From positions 124,001-188,000 of the forward strand of contig MU058290.1 in NCBI GenBank assembly GCA_013265495.1: a stretch of DNA of 64,000 nt, given 5' to 3'. The position numbers and the translations under genes were made by a program. This document shows, piece after piece, positions 51,091-64,000 of this stretch; the first letter of the stretch is position 1; each line of letters starts with the position of its first letter. Below the pieces are notes generated by a model, which saw nothing but the letters and a program-made list of their open reading frames with translations, made no database searches and had not been told where the DNA came from. The stretch is from Vicugna vicugna. Taxonomy: Eukaryota.

Positions 51091-52739
51091 TAAGTGTTAA
51101 TGCTCACCCTCAAAGTTTTACATAATGATATACAGAAACACACACAAGATCCTTATCAAGACTGTCATTCACATTTTGGTGTACATCCTTACAGTATCCT
51201 CCCACCCCAGCCAACCCTGTGTTAATGCTAAGTGTCTATTAAAATTACACGTTGAGATGCCTAATAACAGTTGAACCTAGTTCGGAGTTCAAAAGAGTCT
51301 GCCTGAGCTGGAGATTCACATCTGGAGAAGACTGAGTGTCAAGAGAAGCTTGGTTTTTACTTCGTTTTTTGTTTTGTTTTGTTTTATTAAGATGGGAAAA
51401 ATAACAGCTTGTTTATTGAAAATAAAGACCAACTCAAGGTGTTGAGAAATGAAAACTGGTCCTCTTTTTAATAAGACTTGGCACATTGTACATCTTAAAT
51501 TTGCACAATGTTGTAAGTCAATCATATCTCAATAAAGTTGGAGGTAAAAAAAAAAAAGACTTAGCAGAGAGGAAAAACCGATAAGGGAGGAGAAAAAGGA
51601 AAGAATTGTTAGAGCAATGATTCTGGGTGCTCAGACTCTGAAGATGGATTGGCTGATTTTACGAATGTAAATGTGTTATTTTTAATCTATGAATTACACT
51701 TCAGGATAGTAAAGGGAACATACAACATGTTTGCTATAAAAGATTGGATCTGGTGACATGGCTGAGATCCACTGGTTTAAAAGAATCAGTCTTCCTACCC
51801 TGTGAACAGGGGAACTACTCCCACATTCTACAGTGGCGAGTGCTACCACTTAGTGACAGTTGCTTGGCTATAAGAATTCAGGTCAGCCTGGGGCTGGAAG
51901 CTGTCGGGCTGTGAGGAGTTTCTTAGAATGGGAGACATGGAAACAAAAGAAGGGAAAGAATGCTGAACAACGTTTTACTAATAAGGAATCCAACTCTGCT
52001 TGGATCCCAAATATGCCATTAGCTTTTTTCCCCAGGGTTTTTTGTCATTCACATGCCCTCCAGATACACGAAAGTCCAGGATTGGGAGGAGATGGACACA
52101 ATTATTATGTCTAAACACTGACTCCTCCATTAGGATCCCAGAGTGCCCAGTTGTCTGCAGAGTTTAGCATCAGTTTACCCTGCCCCACCGAACACAACAG
52201 GGTCCAGCCTACTAAGGGTATTCGGCAAATATCTTGCTAAAGAATGCTTCCTTATGATACTACGTAGTGTAGTTCTTACAGAAACAGTTCCAAAGGTTAT
52301 ACTCCCCTCAAGAGTAGCCAGCCAAGGGGACAAGTAGAGAGTGAAACCTAATCTGTGCTCTGTTCAGCAAACTGTACAAACGGACATAGAGCTGATGTTC
52401 CCCAGAGGAAGGGGCTTTTCTTCCAATCCATGCAAAGGTGGTGTTTCAGCTTTCTGAGGACCTAAATAGATGCCTTTGTATTTTAGTTCACTTCCACAGA
52501 AATGACCTCATGTGATTCTTACAACTTCTCCACCAAATAAGAAGAACTAGAATTATTTCTCTTGTTTTGCAATAAAATTAAAGCCACATAGATAGTGGGT
52601 GGCAGAACAGGAATGAGACTCCGTCTCCTGACTCCCACGGATTGTTCCTGCTCTTATACTATCTGCCTTGCCCCTGATAGTCTGTTCCGGCTGAGGTCAT
52701 TTACTCAGGGATCTAGAGAACAATCAGTTACCATTGATG

Positions 52740-54300
52740 CCAAAAACAACCTTGCATATATATAAGATGGATATTTTCAGTTATTATTAAGGATCATAAC
52801 AATTCATCTTTGTAAAATGTGATACAGACTGGCTCACAATCTGAGAATCCAACCTTTCTAACCTCTGTCAGGTCTTTCACTCTTCTGATTCTTTTATCCC
52901 CTCTCTAATGACTACAGTTCTCCTGATTGGGGCTTTTACCTGTTCAGGTCCTGCGTAGCCCTGGGTCCATTAGGCAGATGACCATCCAGAGAAGTTTTTG
53001 CACTGTGTCTTGTTCTTTCTAACTGAGTGAATTTGGCAGCTTCTGTCATGTTGGAGGAGTTTTGTTAATAACATGTGATCAATGAAACTGACCACAACCA
53101 CCCTACTCCAATGCAATAGGAACTTCCAGAGCCAACAAAGTCTACAGAAGGAGCTGCCCCCAATTCCATCTATCCAAGTTCTCTGTCCCTTCACAGCCTA
53201 CACCTCTGCTAGGAAGGATGACGGCTCACTGACACTATGGGTGGTATCCTCCATAAAAATTATGTTCATTCAGTTTTGTCCAGCAGCATAACATTCACTG
53301 ACTTGTTTGAAATAGGCTTAACAATTAACAATTATCTTTAGAGACATTCTGGCTAGAAAATTTTTTAAATGACTTTATCATTCTTTATTATTTGGCTTTG
53401 CATGCCGAAGAAGCAAACAGATTTCCCTGTAATTTGCACTATTCTTATTGGGGGCCTTCACAACCTTTCACATTTGAAAATTATCAGATATAAATTAACC
53501 AGAGGCACTTTAAGGCTCTGTCACCTACAGATAGTTTTTGTTTTACTCTAATGTTTACCTGCAGGCTCCCCTATAAACTACAGGCCTGAATTTGTATTTT
53601 TCAGTTAAGGAAAAGGACAGTCTCACAGCCTCATGAAAAAGGACTGTACCAGATACTTCAAGCCATCGATCCTCGAAAGAATAAACTCTTAAGCATAGTG
53701 TGCCCTCTGTATCTCTGATGCAGAATCCGCAAATACAGAAAGCCAACTCTACTGTGGCATTTTTTGCATACAAGGGACTTGAGCATCTCCAAATTTTTAT
53801 ATTCACGGGGGCCCTGGAACCAATCCTCTGAGGATACCAAGGGGTAACTGTACAGGCTTTTGAATAAACATCACTTAGACATCTTTCATACCAAACCAGT
53901 GGACTGAGTCAAGATTTTGAGAACTCGTTTTAGTCAAAAAGTAAACAGCTTCTGAGATTGCTGACTCAAGATCCAGCAGAACAAGACTTATTTGTATAAA
54001 GCTGAATGGACTAATAAGGAACATTTGTGGTTATTTGCTAGGAATATTGTTTTAATGTTCTATTATGAATATTTAAAGATATTTTTCTTTCTTTTTTTTC
54101 TTTCTTCTCTCTATAATCCATAACAAATTACTAGACTCTGCTTTTTTTAAATGAAATAAACATTTTAAAATGATATTTGATCCCCACTGACCCACACATT
54201 TGACTCATACATTTACCACGTCTCCCTACTTTTCATGGCAATATAACTATTTGCATAGGTTCAGCAAGTTCAGTAAGATCTTTCTTACCTCTCCCAGTAT
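52740..54300 (+). mobile_element. Probable degenerate ERV1 internal fragment
   Basis: Adjacent to the LTR at 54330; the sequence resembles non-coding ERV1 internal regions (gctgactcaagatccagcagaacaaga). No retroviral ORF recognised. Confidence 0.35.
53695..53852. mobile_element. Tigger-derived MITE (MER2/Tigger3-like)
   Basis: gccctctgtatc ... agggacttgagcatc ... cctggaaccaatcc ... gataccaagggg..actgta inverted ends. Confidence 0.75.
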
Positions 54301-54329
54301 ACAGGTGCTTTGACCTAACTGACCGGATA

Positions 54330-54785
54330 AGTTCTGCCTTCAGAAATGGACTAAGAATGTCACCTGCTATATCAGTAAACAAAGGATGTTGCGGCCATCA
54401 AGCCATCAGCCAATACAGCCACCCCCAGTGATGCCCCCTAAGGGGACTCAGGAAGGGAAAGAACAGAATACTGACTCTAGATAGTTAAGGTGCATATCAA
54501 AGGAATTAGTTCAGTAAGCCCAGACTCCTGTATCCTCCCATACAGAGTTAAGCCCTAAATTCATTAAATTCAGATGTCTAGTTTTCTTTAGTTAACAGTA
54601 CTCTTCTGATGTTCCAACTACCTGGTTTTTGTTGCAAAAACTCCCAGCTCTTCCTTTACCTCTTCGGAACCACCCCTCAAGCTATCTAAAGGGCTGTCTC
54701 TTGGGCTTCGCTTCTCAGAAGTCTGCCAAATAAAACAAAATTCTCGACTTTTAGGTTATGTTGGTTGTGCTTTTTCTTTAGTCAA
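54330..54785 (+). mobile_element. ERV1-class LTR (cetartiodactyl type)
   Basis: cagtaaacaaaggatgttgcggccatcaagcc...ctagatagttaaggtgcatatc...aataaaacaaaattctcgacttttaggtt. Confidence 0.7.
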
Positions 54786-55119
54786 GAGAGAAATAAGAAA
54801 AGGGAAAGCTTTTAGAATCTTTGGTAAGTATTATTGTTGGCCTTAGGGGAAATGATGGTTATGTTGTTAGCTAGGAGAATGTCCTTGTTCTTAGAGATGC
54901 AGGCTGATGAATTTAAAAGTGAACTGACATGATGTCTGCAACAGTTTACTTTCAAATGGTTCAGGGGAAAAGAAGGAAGTGTATATGTGGCTAAATGTTT
55001 GAATTAAGTGGAAGGTATACTGGTGTTCATTACACTATTCTTTCCACTTTTCTATAGGTTTGAAGATTTCTAAAATAAAAAGTTGAGGAGAAAATGGACA
55101 TTAAAAGTTTCCCCCAAAG

Positions 55120-55350
55120 TGGGGGAGGGATAAATTAAGGAGTCTGGGATTAACAGATCCACACGACTATACATAAAACAGATAAACAAGGACCTACTAC
55201 GTAGCACAGGGAACTACATTCAATTTCTTGTAATAAGCTATAGAGAATCTGAAAATACACACATGTATATATATAACTGAACTGCTTTGCTGTACAGCTG
55301 AAACTGTTGTAAATGTTGTAGATCAACCATACTTCAATAAAAAATAAACA
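55120..55350 (+). mobile_element. L1 3' end fragment
   Basis: gggataaattaagg...aaacaaggacctactacgtagcacagggaac...tacttcaataaaaa. Confidence 0.85.
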
Positions 55351-56454
55351 TTTTTAAAAAAGAAAAAAATGCTAAAAAAAGCGTACTGATGGTTAAAATG
55401 GTCAAGTTTTATGTATATTTTACTGTAATAAAAACAAATAAATAAATAATTTTTTAATCCATAGTAAATACACCAAACTGATAATAGTGTTTATCTTGGC
55501 TCAGGAGATACGGAGATATAAGGGTTTTGTTGTGTTGTTCTTTACATAGCTTAATTGTTCTACGTTAACAGGTATTGTTTTTATAATCACATACGGTCTT
55601 TATTTCAATTTTAAAATGTTTATACCCGTATCTTTTTTAAAAAGCCACAGCAAGGACCCTTCCTCCTGCCCCTATGGCTTCTCTCTGCACCAAACACCTG
55701 CCTTCCTCACAGCCCCAGCAAAACAAGCCCCTTACAAACCACATTTCTCAACAAGTGCTTTCATGCATGTCGTTAGCCCCATATCTCTCTTCCCCGCAAA
55801 CACTGTCCTCATAAACTACTGCCCACATGAAACATAACTCCCTCTAAACTGTTCTCCCAGAACAAATGGTTTTCTTCACCACTGACTACCTCTCTGGGCA
55901 AGGCCTCTGCCCATAAATCACTCCTTCCCCAAAGTTCCTGTGTAACCCTTCCTTCACTGATTCTCTCGGAATCACTATTCAGTCTCCTGGTGAATCCCCC
56001 GAGGTGTGCTGCTAAAGATTTCTCAGTTACTAGGTTAACGGGATGCTCTTCCCTGTCTGATGAGGTAGTGAATTGTTTTCATTTTTTTCTGGGATTAGTC
56101 ATGGCTCTCAACTCTTCCAGACCTAGCCTCCCAACTCCTCACTTCCTACCCTGCAGCGGACCAAGCAGAGAAGGACGTGCTCAAACATATAATTATTGCA
56201 ACAAGAAAGGACAGAGAAACATCTCACCTTCCTTCCACATAATTTAAGTGTTGCAGAAGTGGACCATTGTTATTCAGGCTTTTGCAAACAAGTCTTAATG
56301 TTTCAAGCTACTTGATTTGAAGTGCTACGGAAGTGTACCATTGTTATTTAGCCTTTTGCAAACAAGTGTACTTGATTTGAATAGGATTTTAGAGATTGTA
56401 AGATCAAAGATTTCTCTAGTTTTGTCTGATATTCATCTAGCCCCTGCTTCCACG

Positions 56455-56550
56455 GGGGAGTGGGTGGGTATAGCTCAGTGGTAGGGCACATACTTAGCAT
56501 GTATAAGGTCCTGGGTTCTATCCCCAGTACCTCCACTTAAAAAGAAAAAT
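56455..56550 (+). mobile_element. tRNA-derived SINE (Vic-1-like)
   Basis: gggtatagctcagtggtaggg...ggtcctgggttctatccccagtacctcc. Confidence 0.85.
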
Positions 56551-58766
56551 GTAACTCAATAATTTCTTTTTTGTGGAGCTTTTCACAAAAAGTGGAATCT
56601 ATCTCCCTGTCAAGTCTTAACTTTCCAAAGTTGGGTAAAATAAATGTAATTCTTCTTTTACGTCAACAACCCTTTAAAATGACAGAACATAGTTTTTCAC
56701 TATTCTATTTCATCTCCAATTTGCTACCGAGTGTAACTCCATCGGATCTTTCATATTCAGCCTAAACATGTGATGTCTTTCCCAATCGCATCATCCACCC
56801 ACATCATTCTCTGTAGACTCAAAGATAGGGAGACAAAAGTCACGAATTTGAGTCCTGGCTTAGTCATTCCTTTGCTGTGTGATGGTGAAAAAGTCAGGTG
56901 ACCTTTCTCTAAACCTCTCTTTATTCTTCTGAAAATGAAAATGAGAATAGCATTAATGATACTTACCCAAAAGTCTCCATAAAATCAAAACTAAAAAGGA
57001 CAAAGAAGGTAAAACCTTTTGTAGATTGTAAAGTACTCTGTACAGGTTATGTTCAGTGGTTGTTCACATTCAAGTTCCAATCTCAGAAGTGACTTCCTCT
57101 TATTATAGATTAGGTCCTTCCCTATTTGGCCTTTTCTTTTCCCCCTTTGGGATTCAGCCTCAATGGGTCTTTTGGAACGATTGTGGCAGTGATTACTCCA
57201 GGGGAATCAGTCTCTTTGTAATAACAGTGGTCTCATTCTTTTAAAAAATGCATCAACAAAATAGCTGCAACCTCCCTCTTTACTAGTCATTTCTCCACAT
57301 TTAGTCAGCTTTCTAATTGCTTCCTTATCTCCAGATCTCAAAGCCTGACCACATCACTAGAGAATGTCCCAAAGTCTGGAGGTTTTGGAGTCTCTAAGCT
57401 GGATTTTTAGCAGAGGTCCTGGGAAGGAACGGCTGTGTTCCCTCTAGTATCTTTGAAAAGTATGTAACAGAGTCATTACCCTGCAGGGACCACCTTGCAC
57501 AGCTCTTTCTCTGCTGCCCTCTTATGGACATCTAAGTCAAAGCCAAAGCTATCAGTGTGGGCCCATTTCTTCTCATTATCAAGAGTCCCTACTGCACGGC
57601 ACAGCTGTAACTGTACTATAAGTAAATCATAAGGTACTGCATCAATAATCAATTAAAGAAAAAAATAATAACCAATCAAAGGTCCTATTTAACTCCCAGT
57701 CAGTAGTAAAAGCCATCTTGTCTTCTCCCTCATGTCATACGCAAGTCTCAGTTGAGTTCTATTTCAAGATGTCTCCCATCATTAAAACACTTTTTTAAGC
57801 CTCTTTCCTTGACCCCACATCTTTCCTCCATGCACCACTCCCCTGTATAACAAAAAATTTTTAAGCAGTTGTTTGTAGACACTGTCTCTACTTCCTCGTC
57901 TCTCACCCTTTCTGGTGTCCACTCCAATCAAGTTGTCATTCTTGTTGTTCCAGTAAGACTACTTGTCAAGAGAAACAGTAACCTTGACTGTTTTCTTCGC
58001 TTGCCCTCCAAGACATCCTACTTTCTGATTTCCTCCCATCTCACTAATGGGTCATTCTCATGCTCCTTTGCTAGATCCTTCCCTTTGTCCTTATTTCTTT
58101 CCCCTAGATGATATCATTTAGATCACTTGCTTTAATGCCATCTATATGCTAATTACTTCCAAATTTATATATCTGGCTTAAATTTTCTCTCTTTGATTCC
58201 AGAATCACTTATCCAATTGCATACCCCACATGTCCACCTGGAGGTCTGGACTTTTGAAACTTATCAGCTATAGAAGCAAAACTCTTGATTATCCACCAAA
58301 ACTGTTCCCCCTTAAGGTCTCATCTCAGTAAATGGCAGCTCCATTCACCTAGTCTATCAGGGCAAAAACTTAGAAACGATTCTTAATTTCTCTTTTCCTC
58401 ATACCCTATTTCCAGTATGTCAGCAAGTCCTGTCTGCTCTATCTTCAACATATCTCCAGAATCTGACCTCTTCTTATGCTTCCATCACCACCACTGATGC
58501 AAAACTAACTTTTCACCTGGTCTACCACAATGGTGTCTTATTTGATCTCCCTCCTTCCATTTTTGCCATGGATTTTCTACAAAGCAGGCAGTGATATGTT
58601 TGCAAATTTTTTTAAGGTAAATCCGTTAAAAATCCTTTCATTAGTCTCCTTTTATATAAATAACAACAAAATAAAAATCCAAACTTCTTACCATGACCTA
58701 CAACACCTGTCCACATCTCCATCCAATCTTGTCTCCCACCACTATTTGCTTTGTTCCTTCTAATAA

Positions 58767-59313
58767 TGAAACCAAGCAGGTCTCTGTGGGGCACTCCAGG
58801 ATACAAAAACCTTTCCGTGTTCCCTGTTTCTTATTTGCAAGAAAAAGGTTTTAGCCTCTAGACCTTCCTGAATACCAAAGAGCAGATTCAAACAGTTGCT
58901 AATCAGGGAAGTAAAGGAATGCAGAAACAAAAAAGGGGCAATCAATAAACAATACTGCAGGTCCTGGTTCCTTCCTCCTCAAAGAATATACATAACAATA
59001 TCTTTGAGTTCTTTTGCAGGAACTAAGGGCCCTCCCAGTTGGAAGATGGTAGTTGAGCACAAGATTCCTGGAACACAGCCCTGTTATCTCACCACCAACC
59101 AATGTGAAGAAAGTCACACACCCTGTAGCCCTCACTCCAAATTTTGCCTATTAAAAACTTCTCCCCAAAAACCCCTGGGGAGTTTGGGTCTTTTGAGTAC
59201 CAGCCACTCATTCTCTTTGTGGTCTTGCTGTAAACCTTTCTCTGATCCAGACTCCAACATTTCAGTTTGTTTGGCCTCACTGCGCTGGGCACACAAACTT
59301 GTGTTCAGTAACA
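58767..59313 (+). mobile_element. ERV1-class solo LTR
   Basis: tgaaacc...cagtaaca termini with perfect 4-bp TSD ataa (58763-58766 / 59314-59317). Confidence 0.85.
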
Positions 59314-59476
59314 ATAACATTGGCCTTCTTGCTGTTGCTAAATTGCCAAGTTCCCTCAGAACCTTTATGCTAGTTGCACCTTCTGCTTGAACGCTGTTCC
59401 TTAATCCACTCCTCACTCCTTCGTTTATTCAGGCATCTATTCAAATGCCAGCTCTTGAGGGAAGTCTTTCCTGCAC

Positions 59477-60038
59477 TAAAGAGACAGGAGGGAAGGGGAC
59501 AGGGCACAGCCATTAAAGGAATAACAACACAAATTAGCACCAAGATGGCGAAAACAACTCCCAGTAGACCTGAGGCCCAAGATGGTGGGAGATTTGACTT
59601 GCAGTACACCTTGGGCCTTATTACACCCTCATTGTAATATACTAGTATGGTAAATGGCACTCCCGCAGGTGCCATGACAATTTCGAGACTGACCATAAAA
59701 GGTCAGAAAGTGGGCGGTGGCCCAATTCCTGGGGATCCCACCTCCTTCCCCAAAGTAGTTGGAATAATCTTCCTACTCGATAGCATATGAAATTACTGAG
59801 CCCATAAAAACTAACGCTGTACCTCATTGTCAGTCTCTCTCTTGCCTTCTGAGACAGCCCACACTATCCACGGGGTGTGCATCTCTCTGAACACATCTAC
59901 TTCTTACTCAATTGCGTCTCACTCTTGAATTCTTTTCTGCGTGAAGCCAAGGACCCTCACTTGATGGGGTGCATCCCAGGGACTGGTCTGAGACCTGGGA
60001 CATGGCCAATCTCTCATGCCCCATTCTTTTCTGTATCA
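59477..60038 (+). mobile_element. MER41-like ERV1 solo LTR
   Basis: ccaagatggcg, gccatgaca, gaataatc, ttgaattcttttctgcgtgaagccaaggaccc and the end ctgtatca resemble MER41-family LTRs as I recall them. Confidence 0.7.
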
Positions 60039-61065
60039 CTACCCTGTTTGAAATCACTTGCTTCTTTATTACTTTCTCTTTCCCTTTTAATGGCCTTACT
60101 GAGGTGTATTTTACATGTCATAAAATTCACCCATTTCAAGTGTACAAGTCATATTAGACTCTATGGAAATAAAATAGTAGTTCTCAGTCTAGCCTACTTG
60201 TAAGTAAGTGTGAATATGCCCAGAGCCCCTCCGGTGGAAGCACCTTATGTGTCTAAGTTTATACAATACGCTATTATACTATTGCTGGGTACATTTTGGT
60301 TCTCTAAGTCACCTCCGTCAGACTCTCCTGGCTAAGACATTCTGGTCTGAGAACATTCCTAAACCCAGTATTGTGTAACCATACCAGGAATCAGTTTTCT
60401 AGATCTTTGGGAGTCCTGCTAACAAGCCTTTAGACCAACCACAGAGCTATCCTGAAGTAACGAGCCAGTAAGTAGGAAATATTTTAGAAGCTGGACACCC
60501 ATAAAGAATGGCAGATTGGCAGAAAATATCCATAATTACTCTTACCCTAATTCCATGCTTGCTTTTTTAAAGGCTAGTGGTTCCTACCCATTTGTGAGGG
60601 AAGAGGGTGAGTTGGCAGAGTAAACATCCAAGGAAACCTAATGACTTTCTCCTTCCCCCCGAAATTCATAATCTTGCATTTCAGAGGCTTTGCAGGCCTG
60701 TCACGTCCAGAGTCAGAAACTTCCCACCTCCAAAACAAGCGTATCAAAAATAGCCATTTTGCCAAGTATCAACTTTATTTCCTAATGGCAATTAAATTCT
60801 TTTTATATTTTGTTTAATGGAGTGGTTGGGATGCTAACGATGGTAGTAGCTATATACTAAGAGTTGGAAGTAGCGGTGGGGATTAATATTGTGAACTGGA
60901 ATTAACTTTAGACAATCTTTGATGGGTAAAAAGAACACTTGATAGAACTGGAACACGTCAACCCACACGTAACGTAGTGCTGTGTTGCTACTCATCTTTT
61001 ATTATAAAATTCTAGCCAGAGCTCAAGTAGAGACAGCTCAAAATAAAACGGGAAAAGGAAAGATT

Positions 61066-61170
61066 GGGGGAGGGAAACAGGTCAAGTGGCAGACTGCATG
61101 CTTAGCATGCACCAAGTCCTGGGTTCAATCCCTAGTACCCCATTAAAAAATAATGTAAATATAATAAACA
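61066..61170 (+). mobile_element. tRNA-derived SINE (Vic-1-like)
   Basis: gcatgcttagcatgcaccaagtcctgggttcaatccc. Confidence 0.8.
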
Positions 61171-62999
61171 AAGAAAAGGAAAGACTAAGGCTAAAATCAA
61201 ATAGCTGACAAGCAAAATGGCATTAAAAACGAATAAAAGAGAGAAAGAAAAGAGAACAGGAGAAAGAGATTGGCAAGTGAGATACAGTAAGCCTCCTAAA
61301 TGAACAAACTCAGAATGAAAGTGAAAAGTGAAAAACCAAATGGAGGGGCGGGGATTCTGTAACCCCAAAACAAGAGAACAAAGGCAGATTAATCCCAAAC
61401 AATATCAAATCTAATTTAAGCCAAAGCTAAAACTCTGGAAAAAAAGATTAAAGGCAGGGAATTTTCCATTTTTATTAAAATCTAAATTTACAGTAACAGA
61501 AAAACAAGGCAGACAGTAAGTGTTTATTCAAAAGATGTCCCTTAGAAACAAAGTGCAATTATGAAAAGCAGAGGCTTATTTACAAGGAAAAGAGCAATGC
61601 AAACCTGAGCCAAATCAGGTTTAGATGCAAGGCACATTCTCCCTCACCTTCTTGTTTTAAAGGGGCAGCAGGTGGCATTATCTATTTGTCTCTATTCCTA
61701 GTAGCAATCAACAAATAGGATGGGAAATAACCGAAAAGAAAAAGAAAAAGAAAAAGAGAAAGACCAAATTCTTCCTTTCCTACTAAAAAATGTGAGGATT
61801 TCAAGGATCCTTGACAGCATTGACCTCTTTCATTAAATCAGCACACTAGTTTGCTGATGTGAAACAATCTCCAAGATATATTAAAACAAAATAAAATAGC
61901 CAGGTGCAAAACGGTATGTATAACATGCTAACTTCTGTGTATAATAATAGGAGAAAAAAAATAAAGATATGTATTTTTTAATTTATTTGTATTTTTATAA
62001 AACCTGAAAGAATGCACAAGAAGCTAATAAAAGTGGTTCCTAGTGGGGTGGGGAAGGAAGGGCAGATGGAAGATAGAATTAACGTGAAATTTTTCACTGT
62101 ATACATTTTACGTTACCTAATTTTTTAACTATGTGATGATATCACCTATTCAAAATTTTAATCTAAAGAAAGAGAGAAAACTAACTTAAATGTATATTTT
62201 CATTTCTAAATTGCTTACATTCTTACCTTTATGTTTTATTTTATAACAGCATTTCCTTTCAAACACTACAAAAGACCTCAACTTGATTAAAAATAAAATA
62301 CTTCACACCACCAATTATACTATTCTACACAGCTAATTTGAGGGGAAATTAAGTCTACCATCAAAGCAAATCTCTCTGCTTCTAATTAGGCTTCAATCCA
62401 TCAAAATACTGCAGTGTGATTTTCACCAATCAGTCCTTAGTTTAAAAGCCTTCAATGGCTGACCATGTGCCTAGAAAACAAGGTTCTTACTTCTCAGCCT
62501 GAAGTCAGAACCGGAAACAATCTAACCCCTCTCCACCTTATCGCCAAGTGCTCCCATTCATGATTTCTTCAATTTAGCTATTCCAGTCTGTTCAGAGACT
62601 CCTGCATGAAGCACCTTCAGCCACATCCTCTTCACCCATCTTGCCTGTAAAGCCTAACTCAAGTCCTGCCTGTCCCTTTCCCGCTCCCCATCCTCTGCAG
62701 TTTATGTTATCATTGGCACTTAAGCATATGCTACTTCTCACACATTATTGTATTCCTCTTTCAAAAGCAATTTTTTTAAACAATGACAATACAACACATG
62801 AAAAGAGAAAAAAAACATGAACACAAAGTGTTTTCAAGTTTTTTAAAAAAACAGCTTTACTGAGATATAATTCACGTGCAATAAGTCATACCCCCTTGAA
62901 ACTAGAATTCTAGTTAATTTAGAATTAATAATTATTACCTACAATTAAATGACTATTACTTGCCTGTAGCTAATTTCCCTGTCACAGTTTAGTTTGTAC

Positions 63000-63260
63000 T
63001 AAAGAATATACAATTTTGTAATACAGCATTGTAAATCAACTATATTCCAATTTAAAAAAAATTTAAAAATAGATAAACAAGGTCCTACTGTATAGCATAG
63101 GGAACTATATTCAATATCTTATAATAATCTGTAATGAAAAAGAATATGAAAAATATACATGTATATGTATACTTGAATCACTATGCTGTACACCAGAAAC
63201 TAACAATACATTATTAATCAACTGTACTTCAATTAAATAAAGTAAAAAAAAAAAAATACA
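63000..63260 (+). mobile_element. L1 3' end fragments
   Basis: aaacaaggtcctactgtatagcatagggaactatattcaatatctt...tacttcaattaaataaa. Confidence 0.85.
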
Positions 63261-63589
63261 ACTTTGTTCTGTTACCATGGCTGTATATTTAACACCCTAA
63301 CATGAATTCAGTAATATATACTTGTATAGAGGTTTTTTTAGACTCTTGAATCAGGACATCAAATGCATAAATTTCTTCATGAATCTAGTATTCTATTATG
63401 AAATACATGACACCTTTTATACCTCAATAGCTAGAAATGCCCTTAAATTTTCCACTCAGGTCTCTCTGCGACATATTTTTCAGGTGGCACCTTTCTGGTT
63501 CCTGATCCATCTCACCAGAGGCAGATCAGGGGTAAGAAAGCCAAGCACCAAACGCAGCCCTCATCTAACTTCCAAATACCCATCTGCTA

Positions 63590-63965
63590 TGTCCTCATGT
63601 CTTCTGCTCTAGTCATATCTGTTGTGACAATGACCCATGGACATGCTTAGTGCTTTTCACATCCCTGTGCTTTGGCTCACTGATAGGAAATCTTCCTTTT
63701 CGTCCTTTAAGACTAAGCTCAAAATTAAACAACCTTTCTTGCAATAACCAATCCTCATAGTCCCGTGTATGCAGTTTGTCCTTTGGGCTCACAAAACATG
63801 TGACCCGTACCTATTTTATACCACCTTCCTTATATTAACAGTTACTAGCTTTACAAATGTGTATCTCTTTAGATTGTAGGGCACTTGAGAGGAAAAGACT
63901 ATTTTTAATATTCTCAATTTTAATGTTTTTGTAGCTAGGAGTGTTATACAGAGATACTCAATAAC
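63590..63965 (+). mobile_element. L2 3' end
   Basis: tcctttaagactaagctcaaa...tagattgtagggcacttgagagg...atactcaataa. Confidence 0.6.
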
Positions 63966-64000
63966 CTGATTAAAAAGAAACATCTCAATTGTGAATCACT

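Larger units (their letters stand above)
57770..60090 (+). mobile_element. L2 LINE interrupted by two LTRs
   Basis: ccatctatatgctaattacttccaaatttatat, catctcagtaaatggcagctccattcacc, cctttatgctagttgcaccttctgcttgaacgct. Confidence 0.8.

Noticed and set aside
58896..59696. Several 90-160-aa ORFs
   Set aside because: They lie within solo LTRs and L2 and have no gag/pol/env motifs.

Overview
Mammalian genomic DNA, most likely a camelid (camel, alpaca or llama), judged from its tRNA-derived SINE family and L1 3' ends. The window covers the non-canonical, epididymal end of the RNase A superfamily cluster: RNASE11 (+, 1393-1992), RNASE9 (+, 26415-27062) and RNASE10 (-, 45193-45834). Each has a single coding exon just after a splice acceptor, and the order and orientation match what I recall for human 14q11.2. 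The rest is mostly L1, L2, MIR, SINE, MaLR/ERV LTR and DNA-transposon debris, plus one 44-N gap. Most notable observations: (1) a collinear 'ghost' copy of the RNASE9 flanks at about 7.0-19.6 kb, whose expected coding exon is replaced by nested L1s; (2) an ERV1-type LTR containing the assembly gap inside the probable RNASE10 3' UTR; (3) an orphan ETS/CRE/TATA promoter-like module pointing antisense to RNASE10; (4) several ultra-short, TSD-flanked L1/poly(A) insertions; (5) remodelled cysteines in RNASE11 and a basic tail with a furin-like site on RNASE9. All family names and comparisons with human proteins come from memory and hand alignment; no search was run.
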